A stretch of DNA of 58,385 nucleotides from positions 1 through 58,385 of the IMG/VR virus record IMGVR_UViG_3300048839_001124; one strand, 5' to 3'. Below the pieces are notes generated by a model that had not been told where the DNA came from, searched no databases, and saw only the letters and a program-made list of their open reading frames with translations. The position numbers and the translations under genes are program-made. Origin of the DNA: a virus (lineage: Duplodnaviria; Caudoviricetes). The stretch's first letter is position 1. Each line of letters starts with the position of its first letter. Shown one piece after another: positions 35,802 to 44,706 of this stretch.

Positions 35802-37415
35802 TTACACGCCCCAAACTTGTGTTTTTTCAGAACCAGCTGTTCCAAAAGAACCAAGGCCTTCATCGTTAGGATACAAAATATAAATGATTACGTTTATTCC
35901 TGTAGCTGCTACTTCATTAATTAAGCTTTCAGCATATAACCGACCACTAACTGTGTCAGTTATATACATAGGATAATCTAAACCAATTTTGCTTGGTTGA
36001 AAAGGAAAATTATTGCCTACTAGAGCAATATCTGTTCCAACATCGTGAGAATTTTTAAATCTGTAGCTTGGACTAATTTGAATGGTATTTGTTGAAGGAA
36101 CCGCTATGTAAGGTACTGGGCCTTCTTCTTTAGCTGTTCCAAAACCTACAACTAAAAACCCTTGGCTATCTGGAAAAGGCGTGCTATTATCAACAAAAAT
36201 TAAACTTTCTGTTGAGCCATCTATAGGCTGAGTGTTTAAACAACTATCTTTAGTTATAGTATACCCTTTAGTTATGTCCCACACATAAAAGCCGCCGTCT
36301 TCTGCTGGATTTCCTAAAGGCAAAGCGTCTTCTTTTAAATGCGCTGCGCCTTCAGCATTTCTTCGAACAACCCTAGTCACTGCTGGCATGTATACTTCTA
36401 ATGTACCGCTTTTTGTTTGATAAGCAGCAGCATAATTTAAATTGCTGTTAAGAGTAAATCTAGTTGGTTCAAAAAACAATACGTTATCTGTAGCGCCTTG
36501 AAGAACCACTTCAGATACACCTAAAGGGTTTAAAAACTCTACATAAGCAGCGCCAACTAATCCACCAACAGCTTTAGTAATAGTAAATGTTCCACGATTG
36601 TTTGTATTAAAACCTGAACCAGTAATTACTGCATAGTCCCCTGTTTTAATTTTACCAGTTGATGGGTTGCTTCCAGCGGTCCACGTTGCTCGAATAACTC
36701 CACCATTGCCTAACGAGAGAGTCCATTGAGTAGAAGCGTCACCAGTGGTCGGTCGAATAGAAGGAAATTTTAAATAGCGCTGAGCGCGTCCACCTTTAAC
36801 TCTTACTGTAGAAGATGGGCCAGTGGTTGGAGAAAAAATAACTACGTAATTTCCTGCTCCATCGTTTCTTGGGTTAGCTGAACCAGCTATACCTTTCTTT
36901 TTTAATTCTCGAACTATAGCATCAGAAACTTCTTGAGCTGTAGCTGCTGAAATATTTACAAACTGTGAAGAATCAAAGTTTATAGATATAGTAGTTCCAT
37001 CATCCAGCTGCATTATTAAATCATCACCATTATTTAAAGCATAAGGTTCTAACTCAGTAGAAGCTACGCTTCCACGAGTATACTCTACTCCGTAAATAAC
37101 TTCTAATATACCGTTAATTAAATCTCTAACTTGTTTTCTATTTGTAACTGCTATACCTAATTCTCTAAAAACTTCATCATCTAGACCAACCAATCCTGGT
37201 CGAATAAAATCTCTGTCTGCCAATCTCTGATCAAGATAGCGACCTTCAGCAGTAACAATATACATAGAATCATTGACTGCTTGAACATTTTTAATAAGAT
37301 GAGCGCCTGGTTGAGCTAACCCTTCAAGAACAGCATCGACATTTTTACCAGTAATTTCTTTATTAAGAAATTTTCTAAGTAATTTTTTTGCTTCATCTTT
37401 TGGATCTTGGCTCAT
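35802..37415 (-). CDS. Baseplate wedge protein
   Basis: TAEGRYLD...GLDDEVFR (gpI/gp7-like) N-terminus, VAATGINV C-terminus; follows baseplate J. Confidence 0.6.
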   Translation of the reverse strand: MSQDPKDEAKKLLRKFLNKEITGKNVDAVLEGLAQPGAHLIKNVQAVNDSMYIVTAEGRYLDQRLADRDFIRPGLVGLDDEVFRELGIAVTNRKQVRDLINGILEVIYGVEYTRGSVASTELEPYALNNGDDLIMQLDDGTTISINFDSSQFVNISAATAQEVSDAIVRELKKKGIAGSANPRNDGAGNYVVIFSPTTGPSSTVRVKGGRAQRYLKFPSIRPTTGDASTQWTLSLGNGGVIRATWTAGSNPSTGKIKTGDYAVITGSGFNTNNRGTFTITKAVGGLVGAAYVEFLNPLGVSEVVLQGATDNVLFFEPTRFTLNSNLNYAAAYQTKSGTLEVYMPAVTRVVRRNAEGAAHLKEDALPLGNPAEDGGFYVWDITKGYTITKDSCLNTQPIDGSTESLIFVDNSTPFPDSQGFLVVGFGTAKEEGPVPYIAVPSTNTIQISPSYRFKNSHDVGTDIALVGNNFPFQPSKIGLDYPMYITDTVSGRLYAESLINEVAATGINVIIYILYPNDEGLGSFGTAGSEKTQVWGV

Positions 37416-37418
37416 TTA

Positions 37419-40400
37419 TTAGCTCCCAATTTGGCTTACGCTAATATCTGTTGCTGGGTCAATAACCAAGCTCTTTTCGCTAGGCTGAATAACTATAACG
37501 TCATTGGCTGAGTTGTACAATGGGCTACTAATAGCTACGGCTCTAACGCCTGGAATAGCATCAACAGTAGCTACTATTTCGCTTATAGCTATAGATTGGC
37601 CAATAGGGTTAGAATTAATTAAAGCAGCTACAGCTGAACGTACTTGTTCAGTAATTTGAACAAAAGGTACACCTGTATTTACTCGTACATCAATACCAAT
37701 AAGAACTCTACGCACTAAAGGTGGATCAATAAAAATTTCTGCTCCAGCAGCAGCTACACCTGGATAAGTTACTGAATCTCGTGGATCACCATAAGTGATT
37801 CTGTTTGTTTCAGCAAGCATACCAATATCATAGCGGTAACTATCTAAACCACTCTTAGCTATTACTGGATAAGAAAGTTTATTTAGAGTAGATACTGTGA
37901 CTGCTCCGCTATTGTTAATTTTGTCTGCTTGTTCAGCAGTATCAAAAATCAAAACTAATTGTTCATCATTAGATGGCTCAACGGCTACTTGACGAATTAC
38001 TTTATAGCCATAATACTTTTGGCCTTCTTCTAAGAACATAGCATTTTCATTTGCTCCTAGAAGAGCAAAATCAAACAAGTTTAAAGAAGTATCTATAACA
38101 ACAGTTTCTCTGTCTAAAACTTCAGAAATTAAATGTGTGCCTTGATTATTTGTTCCAAGGAAATTACCATTTATTCTTACTTTATCTCCAGCAGTAGCGC
38201 TATCATAGTCATAAAATAAAATAGTTGGCCTGTCAACTGTAACTGTTACAGGAGTAACGTTTGAAGCTGTTACTGAATTAGCATTAGCATATTCAACAAA
38301 AGTATTTTGACCTGATTGATAAACTGATATAGAGAATCCTATACCCATGTTTCCATTGGCTGCTGAAGCTACAGGACCAAAAGAAGCGTCTGTAATTCTT
38401 ACTTTAGTTCCATTTACAGTAGCAACAAAGTCACCTAAAGCATCAATAGCTAATTGAGTAGCCAGAACGTTTTGAGCCGCCGTATCTGTAGCACCAACAG
38501 CTACAGGTATAGCTGTGCGTCCAACAATCAGTGGGTCTCCACCGCCGCCTGCTTTATTATACCACACGTAGTACAGTGAACCATCAGCAGCGTCAAGCAA
38601 CCAATAATCTCCAGTAGTGATATCTTGGCTTCTAATTATAGTAACATCTGTAATTTGTTTACGTTTCTCTTGAGCGCCTAAAACTTTAAATGTACCATTA
38701 TTTGAACCAGCTCCAGCAATAGTTAAATCATCACCTTGCTTAATTAAATTTAAACTAGGCTCAGTGCCAACTTGGTTCCAATACATTCTGGTATATTCTG
38801 ATTTAACAAAATTATATTCAGTAGTTCCATCTCCAAGAGTAGCTATATTGTTTGCTGGTAAAGCAATTTCTTCATCAACAGCCCTATCATTTTCAATATA
38901 AAAACTGTCATTAAAAGTTCTGATTAGTTTAAAAGTGCCTTGGTTTAATACATTAAATGGAGATTTTACAATAACAGAGTCGCCTTCTTTTAAACTTAAA
39001 GCTGAAGACATTGTGCCTCCACCAATAGTTTCACCAACAAAGTCAGTTATTGTAGCTCCAGATGTTCCACCGTCAGTATAAGTTAAAGTATAAATACTTC
39101 CATCTGATTCTCTAGTAATAGTTACTAAAGTTCCAACTGCTGAAGCGCTATAACCAGCTACAGCTGAAATAGCTGCTGCTAAATTAGTAGCTGTAATGGC
39201 TTCTGAGCCGCCAACAACAAACTCTACACCTTCAGTAAGAATTGTACTAGTTATTCCATTAGACAGTGTAAAAGAGTCACCAGCTAAGTTAGCATTGCTA
39301 GTTATATTAATTGTAGCTGTAAAATCATTAGACTTACCTAAAGAGTTCAACACTCGAATAGTTTTTGAATCAACGCTTTTTCCAGTAACTAAAAAGTCAC
39401 CGTTATTGCCATAATAAGCAAAGCCAGCAAAAGTAATTCTGTCTCCAATATTTACTTCTTGAAAGTTTGCTGCTCCACCAACAATTTTATAATCTGTATT
39501 ATCTGAGCCAAAAACTCTGATTATAGACATAGAGGTACTAGCTATAGAACCAAAAGAGGCATTTTTATATAGCAATGGGCTAGAACCAACTCCAGTCCAA
39601 GATACACAAACTAGTTTTCCTTGTTTTTCAACTTTCCATGTTCTAGAGTTGATTAAAGAAACTAGTCTAGGGCTACCGAAAAGTCTTTGATCAATTTGTC
39701 TATTGCTAATTTGTATAACGCTTTTTCCAGCGCTTGGATAATTTGGAATTACTCTAGCTGTAGTTAAAGCACTTATACCTGTATTCTTTTCTTGGAAATT
39801 TTCAGCAGCCAGTCTGAGCAATTGTCCACTAATAAATGGTGTACCTTGACTAGCTGAAATATTTGTATGAGTATAAAAATCGTTTACAACATAAGAACTA
39901 GAAATTACGTCTGCTTCTAACGAAGAGGCTGATCCACCAGCCACTTGCACAGAACCATCTGAGCCTAAAACTGAAGTCGAAACTTGTAAGTGTCTTTCTC
40001 TACGAGAAGCATTTACTGTACCTAGAGTTGAGATACCACTAACAGCCAATACATTTACCAATTCAGCAATATGTTTAGCTGTAGTTGGAATTAAACGAAT
40101 TTCTTCTCCACTGTTGATAGCGTAACCAGTACCTGTTGGATAAGTTAAAGTTCGTTTCCAAACAAACTGTGGTGAAGCACCTAAAGAAGTAGTAGCTATC
40201 CAATTTAAACCGTCTCTTAAATATTCACCAACAGAAATTTGGTTTGTAGCATCTGCTGTAGAAAGAGAAATAATACCTGAGCCTGTTAGGCCTCCATCAT
40301 TTACTATAGTAGAAGTAATCCAACTAGTTAAGTTAGCATTTACATAAGTATTTATTTCAGCAGCTGTAGTGTCATCTTTATCAAAGAAAATAACTGTATT

Positions 40401-43400
40401 AGGTATTAAGCTTGCTACATCATTTTGAGCAAAAGCTGAACCGTTTTTACGTGCTACAGTGAAGCTTGTAGCTGTGGGCAAAAATCCACCTAAAGTACTA
40501 ACTCTATAAGTGCCTGTATTACGTAAATCAAACTCAGAATCTTTTCCAATAGTAACATATTCTCCACCAGAAAGAGCGCCTAAAGCAGGAGCAGTACCAG
40601 TGCCAGACCATGTATAAGTAACTTGATCAACTCCAGCTACAGGAGTGTTAGCGGTAATAGTTACGTTCCATTCAGTAGTTCCATCTGCTGAAGTTACTAT
40701 TGCTGAACCGCTTTTTAAGCTAATTCTAATATTAGCGTCTTTGTCTACTACTACTGTATGACTAATGCCTTGATTTGGTTGTGTAGGATAAATATAACCT
40801 ACATTATAACGTTCTCCGCTTTTACCCCAAACGGCTGCTCTAAAAAGCAAAGCGTCTTGAGCTGCTGCTGGGTCTAAAACAAATTTAGCTTTCATTAAAG
40901 CTTTATAATTGTCAAATTTAAAGCCTGAACCAAAAGCTGAAGAAAAAGCGGCTGTTGGACCACTGTCAGAATCATAAGCATTAAAGCTAGTAGAGTTAGC
41001 AGCTATAGTAGAATTTGTTGTTGCTTTTCTATACATAGGTACAGTAAAAGTTCTTTCGCTTGGATTTTGATCTAATACAACAACCATATTATCTTGATAA
41101 CCAAAATCGAAGGGGTAAGCCAAGAAATAGCGATCATCATTACGTATTCTTTTAAAGAAAACGCTATTTTCTAAAGTAACCGCTGTGCCAACCATATCAG
41201 ACAATTGAACAACTTGTTCTTTTGCTGCTTGAGCATCATCTATATTTCCGTATGGGTGTAAAGGTCTAACAATAAGGTTAGGGTCATATCCAAGAGCTTC
41301 TAAATCATCTGTGCTAGTCAAAGTAGGCAAGAAAGAATCGGAAGGATTTGCTGTTGCTTCAGAAGCAAAAGAAGAATGAGCAAAAGCAGGATATTCACCT
41401 AATGAAGCTGAACTCTCATAACTAGCTGTATGATTTACTTTAGTATAATCTGATTGACCAGCATTGAAAGAAATCGCTGTTGCCTCTTCTTCAAGAGTAA
41501 CAATAAGCAAAGCGCCTTTATTTTCTTCAAGAGATTTTGTAGTTAAAACAAAACGCAAATCCTCTTCTATAGAAAGCTCAGCGCCAACTATTTGTTCATT
41601 TAAAAGAGTAGCCAAAGTGTTTATGTTATAATTTCCTGCTGTAATTTTAATTCTTTGAGGAACTTCGGTTGTTCTAACAACAATAAATCCATCTAATATA
41701 GGAATGTTTACTTCAACAGAAGCAGCAGCATATTCAGCGGCGGTAACGGCAATGTCAAGAGTAGTAGCTGTTTTGGCGTGTACTCGGCCTTCTATTCTAT
41801 TATTTGTAAGTAACTCTTTGCACCAATTAATTACATAATCGCCTACTTGAACATCATCAAAGGCTGTAACTATATTAGAAGTATAGCGCACTATATTAGC
41901 TACTGGTTTAGAAACAGAAAGTTCTGTACCAGACACTGCGCCTGTAGGAATAAGAGAAGCAGCAATATCATCAACTAAAATCCAAAAATTTCCATCGGTA
42001 GCAAAACTAACTGTGGCTCCAACAATGTCATCTGAAAAAAGTCGAGCAGCTGAAAAATTACTTCCAGCAGTTAATGAGTCGCCTGGGTCAAGAGGCTTAG
42101 TTAATTTAATTTGTCCAGTGTTTCTGCTAAATTCAAAATCAGATTCTAAACCAGTAGCATTTAAACCTAAAGCAGCCGTAAACATTCCTTTAGAAACTAA
42201 AGTAGAGGCTAATGAAATTGAAATCATTGCTCGATTGCTTACGCCAATATTTGACGTAAGTCGAATAGATTGGCCTTCAACAGAAGCTGTTAAACCAGTA
42301 AGCTTAGCATTCATTACTGCAACCCAAGAAGCTAAATCATTATTAGGGCTCACAGTTGGAAAGGCAGTATTATCAATAAAATCTTGATTAGTAAAAGTAA
42401 AAGTTATTGGAGCAGTATTGTCAATTTCAATTATAAGAGTGTCTCCTGAAGCAATTGAAGGAGACCAATCAGATTGTTGAGCGCTAATTACAAAAGCTTC
42501 TCGACCATTTTTAGATAAAGGTAAACTATTTCTATATAAACGAAGAGTTTGAACTTCATTTGCTGGGAAGCCTAAATTTTCAGAAGCGTTTGTTCCAATA
42601 GTCGGTTCTACGGCTTGTATATCTTCATTAATTTCTTCTTTAGCAGAAATTGTTACTCGCGTACCATTATCTGCTGTAGCTGCTGAAAAATTTAAAGCAT
42701 AATTACTATTAATTGAAGCAACAATCTCATAAGCGCTAGCTGCGCCTGGAGCTTGAAAGTCTGAAGCATCAAAAGTATGTTCAGATAAATCACCGCCAAC
42801 TTTAACAGCTAGCTTTTCTCCACCATAGATAACAAAAGGTTGAATATTTGCAGTTTCTAAATAAGCTTTTGCTACGCCTGTTTGTCTTCCACCAGTAGCT
42901 AATTGAAAACTGTTTTCTCCACCAAGGGCTGAGTCAACAATAAACTCTAAGCCTACGCCTTCAGTTTTTCTTTCATAACCTGTGCCATCGTTTACATATA
43001 AACGAGTGAGTCCACCAGTAGTTATAATTTCGTTAGAAGTAACAGAAGAAGCTTCATCAAAAGCTGTTGCGCCTAATACTGCGTTTTTAACTGCTAATGC
43101 GCTACCTAGTCCACGAGTAAGTTTTGCTCTTTTAATACGAGCGCGTAGTTCATCATCGGTTTCTTCATCTTGACCATTTTTGAATGGGCCAGGATTGGTT
43201 ACTGAAGCGCCTGGAAAGGGTTCAACAGTGAATTCTTTAATAGCTAATCTAGGTACATTTCCTGATGTACCAACTTGTTGAGCAGTAACTCGTACTCCTT
43301 CAACTACATTTTCTCCATCAAGCAGAATGGCTGTTTCACTGGTAGCAAAAGAAATATCTTCTGCTCCACCAGCTGAAGGGGCTTTAACTAGAGTGCTTCC

Positions 43401-43961
43401 TGGAATGGTTCTATTTCCACCTTGAGCTAAAATAACCGATTCACTCACATTATGAAACTTAACTGTAGGAGCAACAAGGGTAATTTCAAAATATCCACCG
43501 ACTGGATTAATAGCACTATAAGCTATAGGGCCTTCGATGTTTGGCGTATTTCTACCTACATAGATAGAGCCAGTACCAGGCCAACCAGTAGTGTTGCTAA
43601 CTTTTAATATTGTTGAGCCAATATTTGGTGCTGGAGCTCCAGCATAGATTTTAGTAGCTAATTTTTCAAAACTAGTATCAGTAACAGTAACTACATCAGA
43701 AGCTGGAGTGGCTGATCTAAGCTTTACACCCTCTTCGATAGCTAGATTTTTAAGCAAGTCGCCTGAAGCTCTATCAATAGAAAGGTCTTTAAGAATCTGA
43801 AGGACAGAAGCTGTAGCCCTATAAGTCATTTGAGCATTAGCAGAAAATAAACTTACAGTAGTAGAGTTAGGATTTAAATCATTTACGCCAATTTTGGCCA
43901 TAAAAGCCGCTAATGCTTCACCTAACAGCTGATCATAACTTTTAACTTCCGGTTTCGCCAA
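37419..43961 (-). CDS. Giant baseplate J/gp6-like wedge protein (2180 aa)
   Basis: SIDRASGDLL, GTSGNV, GQDEETDDELRARI N-terminal J domain; C-terminal INSNPIGQSIAISEI...IPGVRAV; large repetitive insert; TTG start after CAGGAG. Confidence 0.8.
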   Translation of the reverse strand: MAKPEVKSYDQLLGEALAAFMAKIGVNDLNPNSTTVSLFSANAQMTYRATASVLQILKDLSIDRASGDLLKNLAIEEGVKLRSATPASDVVTVTDTSFEKLATKIYAGAPAPNIGSTILKVSNTTGWPGTGSIYVGRNTPNIEGPIAYSAINPVGGYFEITLVAPTVKFHNVSESVILAQGGNRTIPGSTLVKAPSAGGAEDISFATSETAILLDGENVVEGVRVTAQQVGTSGNVPRLAIKEFTVEPFPGASVTNPGPFKNGQDEETDDELRARIKRAKLTRGLGSALAVKNAVLGATAFDEASSVTSNEIITTGGLTRLYVNDGTGYERKTEGVGLEFIVDSALGGENSFQLATGGRQTGVAKAYLETANIQPFVIYGGEKLAVKVGGDLSEHTFDASDFQAPGAASAYEIVASINSNYALNFSAATADNGTRVTISAKEEINEDIQAVEPTIGTNASENLGFPANEVQTLRLYRNSLPLSKNGREAFVISAQQSDWSPSIASGDTLIIEIDNTAPITFTFTNQDFIDNTAFPTVSPNNDLASWVAVMNAKLTGLTASVEGQSIRLTSNIGVSNRAMISISLASTLVSKGMFTAALGLNATGLESDFEFSRNTGQIKLTKPLDPGDSLTAGSNFSAARLFSDDIVGATVSFATDGNFWILVDDIAASLIPTGAVSGTELSVSKPVANIVRYTSNIVTAFDDVQVGDYVINWCKELLTNNRIEGRVHAKTATTLDIAVTAAEYAAASVEVNIPILDGFIVVRTTEVPQRIKITAGNYNINTLATLLNEQIVGAELSIEEDLRFVLTTKSLEENKGALLIVTLEEEATAISFNAGQSDYTKVNHTASYESSASLGEYPAFAHSSFASEATANPSDSFLPTLTSTDDLEALGYDPNLIVRPLHPYGNIDDAQAAKEQVVQLSDMVGTAVTLENSVFFKRIRNDDRYFLAYPFDFGYQDNMVVVLDQNPSERTFTVPMYRKATTNSTIAANSTSFNAYDSDSGPTAAFSSAFGSGFKFDNYKALMKAKFVLDPAAAQDALLFRAAVWGKSGERYNVGYIYPTQPNQGISHTVVVDKDANIRISLKSGSAIVTSADGTTEWNVTITANTPVAGVDQVTYTWSGTGTAPALGALSGGEYVTIGKDSEFDLRNTGTYRVSTLGGFLPTATSFTVARKNGSAFAQNDVASLIPNTVIFFDKDDTTAAEINTYVNANLTSWITSTIVNDGGLTGSGIISLSTADATNQISVGEYLRDGLNWIATTSLGASPQFVWKRTLTYPTGTGYAINSGEEIRLIPTTAKHIAELVNVLAVSGISTLGTVNASRRERHLQVSTSVLGSDGSVQVAGGSASSLEADVISSSYVVNDFYTHTNISASQGTPFISGQLLRLAAENFQEKNTGISALTTARVIPNYPSAGKSVIQISNRQIDQRLFGSPRLVSLINSRTWKVEKQGKLVCVSWTGVGSSPLLYKNASFGSIASTSMSIIRVFGSDNTDYKIVGGAANFQEVNIGDRITFAGFAYYGNNGDFLVTGKSVDSKTIRVLNSLGKSNDFTATINITSNANLAGDSFTLSNGITSTILTEGVEFVVGGSEAITATNLAAAISAVAGYSASAVGTLVTITRESDGSIYTLTYTDGGTSGATITDFVGETIGGGTMSSALSLKEGDSVIVKSPFNVLNQGTFKLIRTFNDSFYIENDRAVDEEIALPANNIATLGDGTTEYNFVKSEYTRMYWNQVGTEPSLNLIKQGDDLTIAGAGSNNGTFKVLGAQEKRKQITDVTIIRSQDITTGDYWLLDAADGSLYYVWYNKAGGGGDPLIVGRTAIPVAVGATDTAAQNVLATQLAIDALGDFVATVNGTKVRITDASFGPVASAANGNMGIGFSISVYQSGQNTFVEYANANSVTASNVTPVTVTVDRPTILFYDYDSATAGDKVRINGNFLGTNNQGTHLISEVLDRETVVIDTSLNLFDFALLGANENAMFLEEGQKYYGYKVIRQVAVEPSNDEQLVLIFDTAEQADKINNSGAVTVSTLNKLSYPVIAKSGLDSYRYDIGMLAETNRITYGDPRDSVTYPGVAAAGAEIFIDPPLVRRVLIGIDVRVNTGVPFVQITEQVRSAVAALINSNPIGQSIAISEIVATVDAIPGVRAVAISSPLYNSANDVIVIQPSEKSLVIDPATDISVSQIGS

Positions 43962-43974
43962 TCAATACTCCTGC

Positions 43975-44016
43975 TATATTATAAAGATTTAGGCGTGGCG
44001 AAGACGTAATATCGTG
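43975..44016 (-). promoter_or_regulatory. Putative late promoter (ACACGATAT...GCC-N7-AATCTTTATAATA)
   Basis: Best match to the 32885-32926 element; directly upstream of the RBS of the baseplate J gene. Confidence 0.55.
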
Positions 44017-44027
44017 TAAGTTATTGA

Positions 44028-44684
44028 TTACCTATTATGTTTCTTTATATTTAAACTTCTAGGTAATATCTGTAAATTCCATGGTACATGGAGACCGCAT
44101 GAGTTTTTGCCTTGCAGAGGCATAATATGGTCAACCTGTAATGGATCATTAGGGTCAGATAGCCATTGCAACTCTTTACATAATGTATAAAATTCTTCAA
44201 TTTCTAATAATTGTTCTTTAGTTAACCAATTTGGGGTTGCTTTAAGTTTTGAAGCTCTTCTTTTAGCTTCATGAGCGTTTCTTTTGTCTTGATTGCTTTT
44301 GCTCCACAAAGCCTTGTCTTTTTTGTCTTTTTCAAGGTTTTTTAAACGCCACAAACGTCTAGTTTCTTTTTCTTTTTCAATATTTTCTTGATACCTATAT
44401 TTTCGACCTTTATTCCACAGTTCTTTATTAAGGATATGATTTCTTTTGTTATTTTCTAATCTTTGTTCTCTATTTTTCCAATATCTTTGTATAGATGCTT
44501 CTCTTTCTTTTTCAATATTAGCCAATCTATAAGATCTTATTTGAGCAAGTCTAAATACTTTATTAGTATTATATTTTGCTTTTATACATTCTTTACAAGA
44601 ACCTTGTAAATTGTCTGGATTTTTAGCGTTTTTAGAAAAATAAATAAAATCTTTTGATTTTAAACATTTTTTACACAATTTCAT
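44028..44684 (-). CDS. HNH homing endonuclease
   Basis: CKKC...CKEC N-terminus; RRASKLKATPNWL; VDHIMPLQG...GLHVPWNLQIL...NIKKHN. Confidence 0.9.
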   Translation of the reverse strand: MKLCKKCLKSKDFIYFSKNAKNPDNLQGSCKECIKAKYNTNKVFRLAQIRSYRLANIEKEREASIQRYWKNREQRLENNKRNHILNKELWNKGRKYRYQENIEKEKETRRLWRLKNLEKDKKDKALWSKSNQDKRNAHEAKRRASKLKATPNWLTKEQLLEIEEFYTLCKELQWLSDPNDPLQVDHIMPLQGKNSCGLHVPWNLQILPRSLNIKKHNR

Positions 44685-44706
44685 ACATTATATTATCGAA
44701 TAAAAG

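Noticed and set aside
43962-44706. Group I intron around the HNH gene (and the other endonuclease genes)
   Set aside because: Flanking genes are complete with their own start and stop codons, and the non-coding flanks are too short for a ribozyme core
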